In this document: piece after piece, positions 29,225 through 43,950 of the stretch
How the letters are laid out: the number at the start of each line of letters is the position of its first letter
How positions within the stretch are numbered: the stretch's first letter is position 1
DNA from: Tubiluchus corallicola
Lineage: Eukaryota > Animalia > Priapulida
Length of the DNA stretch: 64,000 nucleotides
Direction: 5' to 3'
Assembly (NCBI GenBank): GCA_030141605.1
Contig: JAQGDQ010000044.1
Span: forward strand, 310,001 to 374,000
Program-made: the position numbers and the translations under genes
The notes under the pieces: model-generated
Told to the model about the DNA's origin: nothing
Seen by the model: only the letters and a program-made list of their open reading frames with translations
Databases searched by the model: none

Positions 29225-32200
29225 TTAACTTCCGTTGATAGATGCAGCAACATTGTTGATTGGTCGGCTGTAGCTGTCGTACTCTGAGGGTTGTGAATCT
29301 TCTAACAAAGGTTTCCTCTCGTCTGAATTTTTATCCATGCAAGGTTCTTCTGGAAAAAAATCGGTGATAAAGTAACATAATTATCACGGTTAAGTTTAGC
29401 TGAAGCAGAGATATAATGACACTTACTTTTCAATTTTGATAAAAGCGTGGCTTTATAGTACTATAACGGAATATCAAACAACCCGGAATACAATTTGGAG
29501 TTTAAAAGTAAACTGAATTTTATTCTTATCACTGTGGCTGAAAAGCGTGACTGTGTTCTGATGTTTCAAAATGCAACTTGGTGTAGAGTGAGGTGTTTTT
29601 TCCTAACAGCTTGATAAATCATTTTATAATAGGATAAGTTTTTGCTATATTTGTTGGATTTTTTAGTTCGTTTCTAATTTTTTATTCCAAATTTAAAACT
29701 TTGCACCACCCTACAGGGCCAGATTAAGGTGTGTTGGTGCCCTAAGCACACCCAGAAACTGATGATGACACTGCATGCGCGTTACGCAGCTCAAAACAAA
29801 TATAGATTAAGTGATACAAATCATGCGACATTATTGTATAAAACAAACTCCATATGCTCTATATAAAATTTACGACACTTAAATTCTTTGCTGACTTCAA
29901 AACAAAATTTTAATTAAATATATAGGCTACAAAAAAGGTACAATGCCCACCAACAGTAAAAAAAGAATCATTCTCGTGTAGCCTTTAATCCAGATTTTTT
30001 TTGAACTGTGCAAGACTTTAATGATCTTTAACATGCTGTATTTAAATTTTATCTGTTTTCAGTTAATTATATTTTTGCCAGCTTTGTGCCTTCGGAGCCT
30101 TGGTGCCCTCATGTGCTTAGTCTCCATATGCGTTAAAATATGCTAACTAAAATTGTAAGCAAACTAAAATTGCTACAGTGGACTTCGAAACCAAGTTTGA
30201 TGTCACAAAAATTGTCAAGACTAAGAAATTCAGTCATCAAATTGTCACTTGGTTCCTACTGTAATTACTATTAAATTTTTGATATTATTTTAAATACAAT
30301 GAGAGACTATTGAAACATCTAATATTTGCGGGGGGTATTTTACTTTAATACTTGTCAAAAGCAAGACCAGAAAATAAACATGCACTAAACAGTGCATTAG
30401 CTTCAAATTGTTGCACATATATCAAGTCTGTTTTATTTATTTATTTTTACATAAAATGTCCAGTAGCCAAAAATGAACTTTTAATTTTGCATGGTAAACT
30501 GCAATATCAAATTAAATAGTTGGTACAAAGATAAAACAATACAGTAATTAATATTCGAATAAAACAATGAATTTAAAAGCATAATATGGAATTAAAAAAA
30601 TACAATTTACAATGCTATAAAAAACCAAAATAGACAACTTCACGTGTACAACAAATGCAATTGTGTGAAAGAGTACTGTACTAGGTGCATAGAAGCGTAT
30701 GAAAAATTAAAAATCGCGGCTCTTTTCGTAATAAAAGAAAATTATCTGAAAATCAGGGATCTAAAACCAAAACAAAGGAATAGCGCAACCACATAAACGG
30801 CTATTGCTGACATAGCAGGCTTGAGGGCGTGGTCATACGAATTCTGCACTCATGATTATTTCAAATTCTGTAGACGCGCGGCTCTCTTATAAGGTACAAC
30901 AACCACAAAACCAACTGTTTGTGGTTTGTTAACTAAAAATATTCAAATTCTTAGTGATAACAAATATTTTACCATAACAATAGTTTTTTGAGCCAAGGTA
31001 AATGACCAACTCTGCAGTGAAGAATAATGTTGAAACTTTCAAAACCTTTAAATAATACTCCTTTCTTTTATCTCTACTGATAATTCCTCGCATGACACGC
31101 ATTTGGAACAGAACCGATTCTGTTTGTTACACTGAAATTATGCACTCTCACAATCAAGTCCTAAAGCTTCACCAAAACCTGAATTTCCTGTAAGATTTAG
31201 GATTTTTTCACATGCAGCGACAGTTAAACTATTCATTGCAGAGAACATATCTAGAGAGAAAATAACTGTATGTCAAAGAAAAATTCTTTGTACAAAATTT
31301 TACAAATTTAACAATTTGCTTTTTTTTCCACACGCGAACCATTATCAGGGTAACGGGCATACTTATTGAGATATTAACTTATTTCACAAAATGTCTTCCA
31401 AACGTGTTATAAAATGTGGCATGGCTAATGTCACAAATACTATGTATGTTATTAAAGCACAAGAAAATCCTCTACTTACATAAAGTTTAAAGAATTCGTC
31501 TTGAAAATTTATACCACTTACATACTGCTGTATAATGCTGTATAAAACTTGTACATTTAAACACCCACGATAATGGTTAGGCGCAGCCATTTCGATAGTA
31601 GTTCGTTTAAAACAAGTTTAGATAACACTGAGGAAAGTTTGAAAAAATGATAAGAGCATTCGTAGCATACATGCTGCTAACAAAGTAAAATTTTAAATTA
31701 CAGTATCTTGTCAATAAGTTTAAAAATACATTTTTTGTTACTGAATGGCGCACCCTGGAGGGTTAGTCAGCAACATTTTAAAAATTGGCACAAACATTTT
31801 AAATTATTATTTCTAGTTACGTAAGTTTTTTCAGCAGGTAAGCCAAATGTTAAGTAACATGGATGTGCATGGAAAGTTTCGTGGGACATAATTTAGCATT
31901 GCCTTTTTTCCTTGATTTACGTTTGCATAGTGACATCATGTAATGGTGCAGTCGGGACAGTATTGCGGAAGATTTAAAATGAAAATAAACAAAAATTCCT
32001 TTCAACGCTAGTACCCATATATGTGTAAAATTGCTGAAAAGTAGTATAATTTTTTAAGGTAATTTTCAGAAACCTATTTTAGATGCCCCTTTTCTTGTCC
32101 TTTATGTGACTATTATGAAATTTAATAGCTCATAATATAAACAATATTAATAGCTCAACACAAAAACATGTGATATGCTCACAATTATTTAGCATTATTG

Positions 32201-35200
32201 TTGAGCCTAACCGCTGTTGAGCAGCAGTCAACATCATTAATAGTGTTAACGATTTTATAAATAAAGGTACTTTCACACCTGTATTCAAGTTGCAAACCGT
32301 CAATAGCGTTAAAAAGATGATTCCAACACCGAGCACCGCAGTACCGCCAAGAACGAAAGTCATTACATCGCGAAAGTAATAACGACAATCAACACAGCAA
32401 CCCCTGCAAAAAATAAAATGGACCAGGTTCATTTCAGAGAAATTTCACGACACTCGCAAGCAATACAAACAGGTCAAGAAGTACATTTTAATACATGGCA
32501 TTATTGTGGCCATCACTGGAAATAGTGACGGCAGTCACATAAAAAATTTTGCTACAATTTGTTTTCACACAATGCAGCGTTAGGTTTTCGGATACGATGA
32601 TAATAGTTTCATTTTCATAATCAATTAATCTGGTAAGAAATTGATTCGATAATCGATTATAATCGGTTTCTAGGCATAGCAAACTTGTAATTTCCAATTT
32701 TTTAACAAGTAAAACTTTGAATGTAATACAATTTTCACTGCTGTCTTAAATACAATTTCGGCTGAAAAGGTAAAAAGTATAAAGAAAAAATAACTTTTAA
32801 ACGAATTTATCTTATTAGTTTAGAATAAAGCAGACTACCAAAACTGATGTCATTGTTTGTATGCTTATACATACTTATTTATGGGGGTTTACAAAAACCA
32901 CATGCTTGTACTTACGAGAAACCTACGTAACTAAGCAACGCCTTCAGTACGATACGTAGCACCATATTGCTTACTTCCACAGCAATGACAGCTATGTTTA
33001 TCTTGCCATTTTATGAATTTCAGAAAAATAAGTGCAAATAGCATTGGCAATGCAATAAATTATCAAAATTGGTACATGATGATCAAAAATAAAAGCCCAA
33101 ATCGATTATAATCAATTAATCGGCCACACCACTAATGAGAATTAACGCCACCTCGAAACTATGAAATCACATCAGAGTCTGAATTTGATCCCGATCTTTT
33201 GATTGGATGTCATCTTGTAACATTACAAAAGAAAACTAAAGTTTTTTCAAATGTGTTCCAAACAGAACAATACTACCAAGGAGAGCGATGTTTACAAAAT
33301 AAATATTGATATTCCTCTTCTGTATGTTTAAGTATTCTGTATGTTAAATGGCAGCAAAAAATGCCCTGCCATGCATCAAACAACACAAGAAATACTAACT
33401 AATATAGAAAAAGAGGTACTAACACACAAGGGTGCAAATTTTGTATAGTCAAAACCGCAATGCCATTTGACAACTTGTCCGTAAAACTCATTGCACCGTA
33501 AACAAAAGCTCCACTCTCCTGAAATGTATAAAATTAGAGAATTAATGACCACATTTACATTTTAAACAAACTGTTGCCAAAGAGTTGAAACAAATATTTT
33601 TTGAAATTAAAAGCCAACAAAAACAGAGGCTTGTGTTTACTAACTCAAATGTACACACGAATAATACTCTTAGAAATCTGTAGTAAAGTGTGCATCATAA
33701 TGTATATTATGACAAGGAAAGCCAACATAAAGCACATAAAATGAATCAAAGGACACTGAATATTCAGAAATTCAATTTTTAGTTATTGGAATAAGCAACC
33801 ACACTTCAAAATGTTGGCAAGCAGGCTGAAATGTAGCAATCAAATTGTAAAAGGTGTCTCAGATTCCGTGAAATTTTAATCATTAACATAATATTTTATG
33901 GCTTTAATGACAAAACAGAACTTTAAAATATCACTTGATTATAAATTTTAATTCTAAATTTGGCTCCATCAACGATGACTTTGATTTCAACTTCTCTGAG
34001 CCAATAATATGCATGAGCCAACATATATTTGAAAAGTGGTCTATGTATCTGTACCCTGTAATGTGTTTTTTTTTTTTGAAAAAAAGCGCTTCTTCAGAAA
34101 CAAACTTCTGTTAAATAAATCAAAATCATGGGTTTAATAATAATCAATGAGCTGATTCTCGGTGTATACTTGAAGTTAAACAACATAAAGTTTAGAAAAT
34201 AAATGGCGGGGTGCCAGCAGGGAAAACTGCTTCTGTGCAGTTATGCTTACAAATTGCCCCCACTTCCTTTTCTTGCCAATGAAAGATGCCTATACATCCG
34301 AAGTGACTAACAAACCTCAATGTTCAGGATCATCCCTTAAGGCAATCTTTGACATGGACTACGTTCTTGTACTACCACAACCATCTACAAGTAGATGCTG
34401 AACTCACACAGGTATAACGGAAGTTATACGTAAATTCTGGTCTGAACAGTGAGTATGTTTCATGTATAGACAGACTGTGAGGGCTGCATGATTCAAGCGT
34501 GGGCCAAACCATTCCCCACGGGAAGAAGCCTGAAACCGTTCCCCAAGGAAAGAAGCCTGAAACCGTTCCCCAAGGGAAGAAGCCTGAAACCACTGGGTGT
34601 TTTGTACAAGTTGAGTAGAGTAAAAAAACAAAAGTGTAAGAAAACTACTTACTGTATTTCTTCCTATGAGATCAGCTACCATTGATAAAGATGTAACCAA
34701 CAATGTTGAGCCAGAGATGCCAAGAAGTACAGCTACTCCATATATTTGATTGCCAACATCAAAATACATCCAGACTGAAGCGCCAATAGCCATGACACTT
34801 CCCAGAATATAAGTGCCCTAAACAGAATGAAATTTCAATAGTTATTGCTAAGAAAATTTTAAAACAATTAGGAATTTAATAGATTTAGTAAGTAGTTAGA
34901 TTATGACTGTGATTGACAGACTGTTTATATACCATTGCTGTTAATTTTAACAATTATAACTCAATGCAGCTAATCAAAATGGAAAAAGAAAGGAGAGACT
35001 GGGAAGAAGAATTTTACACAAGAACAAGAAAAGTGGCAATCTTTTGAGGGAGGACCTATCATAATGCAGAAAGAAGCCAAGTTTCCGGGCAAAAAGAAAG
35101 TAGTGCAATGTTTTGAGCATGTACAAGAAATTTTTACTAACACATAACCACATACTATTCAAAAGTATAGCAACGTTCAGGAATTTGAGGTGGAAATCTG

Positions 35201-38200
35201 AAATGTAATGTGTGGAAATTCACTGATTCCAAAATAACTGTGAAATAACTCAAAAATGTTACTCACGCACCCTACGACCAATGATGCTGTTTACAGGCTT
35301 CATCACAAACGATGTCACAAATCCAGATACGTAAACTATAAGCGGAATGCGTGCGATAAAATCTTTCTCTAAAAGTAGTGTTTCGTCAAGATACAGCGGC
35401 AGATACACTTGTGATATGTTGACAAACAAACGACTAGACATGTAAACAATGGCTACCTATAAAGAAAAATAAGTATACATGATAATGCAGGAGAAAGAAA
35501 CAAACACCTCAAAATTTAGTAAACTAAACCAAAATGGCCAGCGAATTTTAATGTTTGAACACACAGAGATTAAACGGCTTACTGATAAAAATTTCATTCC
35601 GACACAATGAATGTCAACAACGTAACTTGTTGCATTCTTAAACCAAAGACTAATTTAAGTATAACAGGTCTACTAAACTGAAATCATAAAGGGAAAACAT
35701 TTCTGCTTGAAATGTAGTTGGAAATTTCAAAAAATTTTAAGTGGTCGAATGATATTAAAACCAATAACAGTTACAACAAATCCCAAAAATGGCAGTAGAG
35801 CCCGGATTTTGGGCTGGTTGTGGAATGAAGGAGATTTTCTGGTTGCCTTGCTTAGGCAGGCCAGCCATATGATTTAATCACATCAACATGCAAAAGCAGC
35901 AAGAAATAAGAACGTCTGACTAATTTTGCATTTGCACCTCCACTGTTACTCAAACTCAAGAGTAAGACATTGTCCTTTCCAGGCAGCTATGCTAACTATT
36001 ACACTTTAGAGGTACACCAACTTATCAGACATAGCAGTGACTGACTTTATACATTTACTCTTGATAAGTGGATAAATTCTGGTCCTCCCACAGCTAACCA
36101 CACTCATTAGGTTTGGTGGTGGTTGCTGCATTCCAGCTTGCAAAATGCCAAATTGTATAAAAAGGTTACAAAGGTTGAATACCTATAAAATTGTAAAAAC
36201 TAGAGAGCGCTCAGAAAAGGGGACATGGTTGCCCTGATGAGATCGAAATACATGAAGAGTTATTGCAAAAAATACATTTTCAGCATTAACACACTGATTG
36301 ACATTACCTGATGCTTTGCTAAAAAGCCATCATTCAAAACTTGGTTGTTAGCCATTGGTTGTTAATGGATGTTTATTGATTATCTGTACTCAGCAGTAGG
36401 CACGCTACAGCATCAAACCAGGTTACACCAGACAGAACTGATATTTCCCTAGCTGCCTAAAAAATTTATTGAGGCAACTAAATTAAAGCAGTAGCCACAC
36501 CACAATCTTTTATAATTGCTTACCATATAAAACTGATAACTCCGTAGCCAGTCTTTCCACGATTTTTTCGAGGAAGTTTGAGAGACGCTCCTCAAGCGAG
36601 TTACTTCATCTTTAGTTCCAATATGAAAGACAGTGGAAAAGCAAGAACCTGTTGCTACCACAATTATCACCAGTTGCTGAAAAGATATCATATCCTATAA
36701 CATCTACAAATTATTTCTGCTAATAAAGACATGGTTTTCGCGTTTTTGTCACATTAGAGTCCAAATTTAACACGTTTATATTAACACTAAATATTAAAGG
36801 CATAACTACGGATGGTGCATATGCACATGACATTTGTAATCTCTAATATTAGTGCATGTTAAAATGTTAAGCAATCTGTAAGTTTCAAAAAAGCAACAGA
36901 AACATTTTGAGTGCAAACTTAGGAACACTTGGTGCTAGAGGGTCCGGAAAATGCCTTCAAAATGCTACGTGAATAGACCTAACATCACAACTATTCACAA
37001 GAGTGGCTCTTCATCCTCTGTCTGGTTAAAAATTAAATAAGAAACTGTAACATTTTACAAAAGAGCATTTTTGCTGAATGACAAGAGAAACATAATCTGC
37101 AAAATGTCAACAATTTTAAATTTTAAATACCCTTTCACAAATCATCTAAATGAAACAAGTGTGCCTGTAAACCTTCCTGTGAACCCTTTGGAATTTGCAA
37201 GCTTCTTATAGCATCCAACCATTAACCCTGGCATCTAGTTACAACAAAATGAACTCCCCAACTCAGCGGTAATTAGGGATTTATAAACTATCTCTGACTT
37301 CCTGTCATCACAAACGAGATGAGAAGCTAGACCAATTTACGTAAATAAACCTGGATAACAGTGAATGGGACTTACCATAAATACAGGCGCATCCTCAATG
37401 CCGATACTTGCCTGTAACCCCATTGACTCCTGATCAAAATCCAATAGCAACCAAGTTGTCCCATACACGGCAATGTTGGATATCACAGTAGCTGCATATC
37501 TAAATGATTTAATTACAATCAAAATAATGTAAACTTAATTTTTAATGACAAAAATATATGATAATTAGTAAAATATTCCCTATTCCCTAATATAAACAAG
37601 GAAAGGTACAACGTTGACATAAAAAATGCTGAGTGCTTTTTATAATTATTTATTTATTTCCGGAGCTTTTGCTCCTCATGCTCTCTAGCTGAAGAGGGCA
37701 TCACCAGCTAAAAAGGACAAAGACACTTATTTACAGTCGCTGGGACAACAGATGACATTAGCCATAGGGTACTAAGTGACTCTTAACGAATACAACAACA
37801 CTGCAAGGCCACAAATAAATAACACAGATAACAACTGTATGCTACACAGATAACAACTGATAACAGCTAAACAGAATGTGCTGCTAACACAAGAGTGTTT
37901 AGAAAATTTGGTGGTTTAAAACCCTGAGTTAATACAAGTGCCTCATGTTCTGGCACACACAATGGTGGAGTGGGGTTAGGCTCATCTTTATTCATGGATG
38001 GGTAACTTTGATAAAACAGATGTGCATTGTGTAGAAGTCACAATATCACAATTTTTTGAAATAATTCACCGAGTGGCCCCTCTTCCTCTTTAAAAAAGTG
38101 CCATCAAACTGTCTCCAAGACGCTGGTCTTAGCGCTGAACAGATAGAAAAACATTATTTAACCATCATCAAAATGGTAAATTTATGTTACATTTTTTATG

Positions 38201-41200
38201 TTAAACATGGCAAGTCTCAGGAGAGCTCTCTCATATTTTAATAACGAGAGAGAAAACTATGGGTAAAATGTCTACATACAGGCTTAGCCCTCTCGATCTT
38301 TGGTAATCCACAACGCATTTACATTTATATATAGGCAGATATAGTGTGAAGCTCTTCTTTTTCAGAAACAGCAAAAAATAAATTGTGTTATGTTCATTGT
38401 AGACCCTTTCACTATATTTATGTATACAAAATTGTTGTAAATCAGTTATGTGAAATAAATGACTTATGACTTATAATCTACAGTAATCTTATATTATTTA
38501 CACTTAAATAGCGTACAATCACATTTTTTCACATATTAAAATCACGGAGGCATAACAAATAACTTACACATGTGACAACTTTGGCACAATTAGCACAGGC
38601 GTTGCCACAATAAGCACAAAAACAGTACTCCAACTTTATCTCTGCCACTCTCCATTTTTCATTCCTTTCCTTGCTCAACAATCATGCATAAAAATTTGCT
38701 GATAAAGAACGGCACTGGGTACTTAAAGTAGAATACAAATTTCCTACCACAGCTGGTGCTTAGAAAACTAAATTACTGCTATGCATCATGCTGAGGAGTC
38801 AAAATGACACAAAAAACACAATTAGAAATCTGAATCCTAATTTATGCTGCAACAGATTTAAGTAAAAAACACACTAGCATGCTATATAATTTCTTTAATA
38901 AAATGACTAATTACTCTCTGAGAACATAGGTCTTGAAAATAATATGCATAGCTTACCTTAATGAGGTCAGCTCTACACGTTGACTCTCGTCATCCGTGAG
39001 AACAGGTATGAGAGACAGGTGCGACACCTGTGTTGCAGCCCAGCCAAACTGGAAAATCACAATAAATGGAGCATAATAGACAAACTGTGCAGTTGAGCTC
39101 ACATTTGGACAGCCTGGACAAAGGATGAAGAGAAAACAGAAGCTAAGAGCAACACAGATTGTACCTGAAATTCAAAAGTTGTACAGGGTTAGCAAAAAAA
39201 ACAGCATCACAGACTACACTTGAAATGTAAGAATTGTATAGAGTGAGCACAAACAGGCTCACTGACTAGTACTGTACAGGGTGAGCACAAACAGCATTGC
39301 AGGCTACACCTGAAATGTAACAACTGTACAGGGTAAGCACAAACAGAATCACAGACTGTATCTAAAATGACAGGTTTGTATGGGGTGCACACAAACAGCT
39401 TCACAGACTGTATCTGAAATGACAGGTTTGTACAGGGTAAGCACAAACAGCTTCACAGACTATATCTGAAATGACAGGTTTGTACAGGATGAGCACACAA
39501 ACAGCTTCACAGATTGTATCTGAAATGACAGGTTTGTATGGGGTGCGCACAAACAGCTTCACAGACTGTATCTAAAGTGTCAGGTTTGTACAGGATGAGC
39601 ACAAATAGCTCACAGACTCCGCCTGAAATGTTAAAAATGTACAGTGTGAGCACAAAGGGAATCACAGACCATAACTGAAATGTTAGCTTCATACACTGTT
39701 CTCAAAATGCAAGAATTATACAGGAAGGGGCATAAACAAAACACGGACTTGATGTGAAATGTGAGAACTATACTGTATGTATGCTGTACCAAAAATAAAA
39801 GAACTGTACGAGATTAACATTTACAATTACTTTTAAATAAAACGTTAGTGAAAAAATCAAAAACAAACTTAAAGTTTACACCGATCTCAAAAGACGTTTT
39901 CGTATTTTGGAATTTATATCTATTTAAAATGTTCGTATTCTTAAGACATGCAGTGTTTGACCAATTTTTCTTATATGTCACTCATCTTCGTCACCTGATG
40001 AGGTTTTGCAAAGTTGTGCAAGGTTTGCAAAGTTTCACAACATTTGCAAACTTGAGTTGAAGGCACAAAGATAATTGAAAAGTCTCTGCTTTAAGTGTTA
40101 TTACAGTCACAACACTTTCAGAGTTCTTTTATTTAGGTAAAGTTTCGTAAAACTTTTAATAATGGTTCAGAAGTGTGGTCAGTGGAAAGCACAGACTTAG
40201 AAACTGTCAAAGTTGCATGGAACACCTTTTACGAAAGAGTGTTAGATTGCTTCCGTACTCCTGTAAGACATTGAACTATAAATTTAACTGATATAAGAGA
40301 ATTTACATTTTATAAAAGTCTTAAGTCTCACCCACATAGCTATATTGTTATAGTCTCTATAAAATTAATAAGTCAGGTCAATCCATCTGTATAAAATATA
40401 AGGCACCGCTGAACTTATCTTGCATTAATGTAAACTGTCTAGTAGAAAATGAATTTTAGAAGGATCTAAATATCAGAAACCGTCTATGAAATAACGAACT
40501 TGTTTATATTGTAATTTATTTTAGTATGTAGTGTGAATTTGATTGCACTGTAATTTTATTATATTTCATTGTATTCTGTATTTGTACTGTATCTTCGATA
40601 TGATTAAAAGAGTTTATTATTATAATAATTTTAATAACTGTCTGTTCATTTCATCAGCAACAAAGCTTGAAATTAATTTTATAGATAATTAACAGGCAAT
40701 AATCATTTCCTGTCACTTTCTGAGGTCATTAAATGTTGATACTAGTGACATCGCAATTTTATGGTTCGTCAAAAAACTGTGTTGCCCTTATTTGGAAAAA
40801 TTTAAATTACTACTGACACACACCTATTAAATGCCACGTTTTCCGCTGTCCATAGCCACAGTTTATGTGATTGCTGTCTACTTCCAAGCCGACAAATGGC
40901 GTGGAAAGAGCATCAGCTATCTAAATAATTAAAAAAACTATCAAAACAAGCAGTAATTCAGAAAATATAAATATCATATAACTGTATAAATACAATCAAC
41001 ATAAAAAATACCATCCCTAATAGCTTATGGACAGTAGTTAACACCAGGATTTAGCAAACTTTGTTAACTTATTTTACTATATTTTGTAATTGAATAATTA
41101 AAGTGTATCAAATGCACAAGTAATCAGATCACTTTACCAGGTGTCAAACTAAGCAGGTGTCACACAACATTAAAGAAAAAAAAACATTGTAGATGTTATT

Positions 41201-41893
41201 TAGACCCAAGGCAAAGTTCACGAATCATAATGCAACGCCACTAGGACTCACGAACAGCCACAATTTATGAATGAAACTAGGCTTATAGTATTTTTCAGTT
41301 GCAGTGTGGTTTACTCTAAATTACACAGAATGATCCCAAGCAATTCTACTCTACAATTATTGCATGGCGGTCACCTGCCGGTGGAGGACCCCAGACACAC
41401 CACCGGGCGCTCGCTCGTCTTGTAGGAAACGCCTCGCTACAGTATTACATTATTACAGTAGCACATTATTATCATTTTGACATAAAGTTCATTTGAAATA
41501 ACAGCATAAAAAATTTAAAAATAGAATACATAAATTTAATTTCTATTTCAAAAAGTCAAGCTTTGCACTTTGTTTAGATTCGAATCATCCCGACTTTTGA
41601 ATATCATTTTCCTGATGTTCTTCCCTAAAATCTGTGCAAGTACTTAGACAGTGTGGAAAAGCTTAATCTCATTATTTGGTAAATCTCACCTGGCCAAGAA
41701 GTAGGAGATTACCAGCCAAGAAATTACTGAGACCAATGACTTTGTGATAGAAGATGAGTAAATAACTAAACCACATTGAAGCACAGAGGTCATTGAGCAC
41801 ATGGCCAATACTGTAGCACAGACGCCGAGTAACTGGCAGCTTTCTGAGTGGAGGCGGCGACAAGCTGGTTGAATCACTTATAGCATTCTCCAT
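29225..41893 (-). CDS. MFSD12: MFS transporter MFSD12 (MelB-like lysosomal/melanosomal cysteine importer family), 10 coding exons, 493 aa
   Basis: Exons: 41690-41893 ([20 protein letters not shown]), 40824-40920 ([11 protein letters not shown]...GQRKTWHLI), 38957-39164 ([21 protein letters not shown]), 37376-37499 ([13 protein letters not shown]), 36524-36676 (FHIGTKDE...W..WL...FY), 35271-35456 ([19 protein letters not shown]), 34653-34817 ([14 protein letters not shown]), 33424-33518 ([18 protein letters not shown]), 32279-32403, 29225-29349. All are GT-AG and in phase, 1482 nt total. The last exon is inferred from phase plus its ERKPLL motif and is less certain. Confidence 0.93.
29714..30135. 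mobile_element. CAGGGCC(A/G)GATTA-type MITE (hAT-like)
   Basis: Begins cagggccagattaagg..ggtgccctaagcac and ends ggtgccctcatgtgcttagt; it has the same end motif as the elements at 53798 and 55834. Confidence 0.5.
34506..34591. repeat. 27-bp tandem repeat x3 in an MFSD12 intron
   Basis: aaacc(a/g)ttcccca(c/a)g(g/a)..agaagcctg head-to-tail, with no spacers. Confidence 0.9.
35931..36010 (-). mobile_element. Degenerate tRNA-derived SINE head
   Basis: tttgcacctccactg...tatgctaactattacac..tagag resembles the split SINE at 51665-52105. Confidence 0.45.
39148..39770. repeat. ~52-bp minisatellite (~10-11 units) continuous with the MFSD12 exon 3 acceptor
   Basis: The unit is agcacaaacagcttcacagactgtatctgaaatgacaggtttgtacaggg, with unit positions ~39350, 39402, 39454, 39508 and 39560. 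Confidence 0.9.
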
Positions 41894-42789
41894 TTTCCCT
41901 GTATCACATCTGCAAAAAAGAAAATCAAAAATAAATTTGTGTGCTCGCATACCAAAACCGTCCATAAGTCGGCATAGTTAAAACAATGTTATGATGCTTC
42001 AAAGTAGAATGACCAATGTCAATTTTTCGTATTTCATAAATAACAACGCTAAATACATTGGACTTTTATATTCTAGCATCAAATTATCAAGAGTGTTCAA
42101 AAAACACCAAAAATTTAATTTTATAACTTCTTCACCACTTTCCTGTCTATAAACTAGTAATGCAAATGTAAAAATTCCTATTTTCAAACTCCGATTGTAA
42201 ATCGTGGAAGTTGTCATTTTGCTTCTAGTTTTTTCTGTTACTAAGCCCAAATCTTCGTCAGGAAGAGCCATCTACTAGATTTAAACATAACTTCAACGCA
42301 TTCTTGCAAAGTTGGTAGCAACCTGCATTTGTACGGTTGGCCAAGTGTTTGCCAGAAAAACCAATGGCTAACTTTAATAGTGATTTTCTCAAAGTTATGT
42401 TTTTCAGTGAGCAACGTGCACCTCAACTTCAACGGGGATTATCTCAGCTTAGAAATAACATAGAGCGATGAACTTAGCGTATCAAATGATCCTCATGAAA
42501 TGGGGAGTCAGGATATGTGAATAACTAGAAAAGCTTAATTGCCGATTTATGGACGATTTTGCTATGCAAGCACACAATAAATAAAAGATATTGTCAAGGT
42601 AACAGTAAAATAACTCCAAAATTCTACAAAAAGATTGATTTTTTTCTCGTTGAAACTCAGCTAAATTTACTTCTCATGAAGCAATCGGATACAATTACTT
42701 ATCGTATTGAGAACATCACAGCGGAAAAATAAAAACAGTCATTTGGCAGTTTTTTTATGAAACAATGTAGTAATTAATAACACTAGAAT

Positions 42790-43950
42790 TAATGTTCTTA
42801 TCTATGCAGACGATATTGTGCTGTTGCCAGAGTTAGAAAATGGCTTGTAGGAGTGCCTAAAAAACTAGCAGAATATTGTAACCAGTCGTCATTGAATGCT
42901 GATATAAATAAAACTCAAGCAGTTATTTTTAACAAAACAGTAGAATTTTAAAAAAATTATAACTTTTACTTTAACGGAGTGAAACTGATGAATGTAAAGA
43001 AAAATATAAATAGTTAGGTTTTATAATTAAATATATATATTAACGGCTTAGTGTAGTGGTAACACATCCGCTTCCTGTCTGGGCGGTCGTAAGTTTGATA
43101 CTGTGATACTTTGCCCTGCCTGACGCATGGAATTTAGGGTAACAGTGGGGTAATGATGATACTAACTTTTTTCTTATTTTCTTCTTTTCTTCTTTATTTT
43201 CTTATGATATTAATCTACAGATAGCATTTAGAATCTTTGAAGGTGTCATCAGACCTATATGTTTGTATGCTTCAGATACGTGGTTACCATATTCTTGTAA
43301 TTTTCGAAGAATAATGAACTGATCTAATTTAGAATCATGTTGTGACATGCTGAAATCTGAAAGTGTTAATCTAAAAATGTGTCGCTTGTTGCTGTTAGTT
43401 CTAAAACAGTTAGAAGTGCTGTGAGAGGTGAACTAGGTCAATTTACGTTGTACATTAATGCAAGCAAAAATTGCCCGAATTTGTGGCTCATGGAGGCAGC
43501 AGATAATAGCCTCGCAAAAGATGCTTATGTTCTTTCTAAAGACATTAGCGAAAGTGGTGGACTTTCATGGGCTACGTTTATTAAAACTGTTTTGTTTGAT
43601 TTGGGGTTTGGACTTGTTTGGGAACACAGAGGTACATTTTAATGGAAAGAACCTTTCTTCACATGAGAGGTTTTTTTATAGACCTGTTAGCCAATCACTT
43701 AGTACCGTTAAATGATTTCAGCTGTTCAGGTATGTATTGTTTCAGTTTTCAGTATACTAATAAATGTATACTGTTTAAACCGATGAAAAGAAATTTATCT
43801 AAGCCATCAATGTAATTACCGAATGTTCACTGTACGCTCAAATAAGAGAAATGCTTTCTGATATCTGTCCCAACTTTGATTATATGTCTCCTAATGAGCT
43901 GTCGTTAATTGGATCACAAGATGTAGAAGTTATTTATTAAAATTAATGCC
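42790..43950 (+). mobile_element. 5'-truncated, degenerate LINE (RT domain relic, RTE-X-like)
   Basis: INVLIYADDIVLL (YADD at 42803-42814), then NKTQAVIFNK, FEGVIRPICLYASDTW and SKTVRSAVRGELGQFTL, with stops and frameshifts. The clade assignment is tentative. Confidence 0.85.
43045..43150 (+). mobile_element. tRNA-derived SINE head nested in the LINE relic
   Basis: A-box-like TAGTGTAGTGG, a degenerate B-box GTTTGATAC, and no acceptor-stem closure. Confidence 0.55.

Noticed and set aside
34506-34591. 27-bp repeats (and the 38-bp and 52-bp arrays) as a possible CRISPR array
   Set aside because: Head-to-tail units without unique spacers, no cas genes, and a eukaryotic intron context.
43045-43120. 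tRNA gene
   Set aside because: The B-box is degenerate and there is no paired acceptor stem; it fits a SINE head better.
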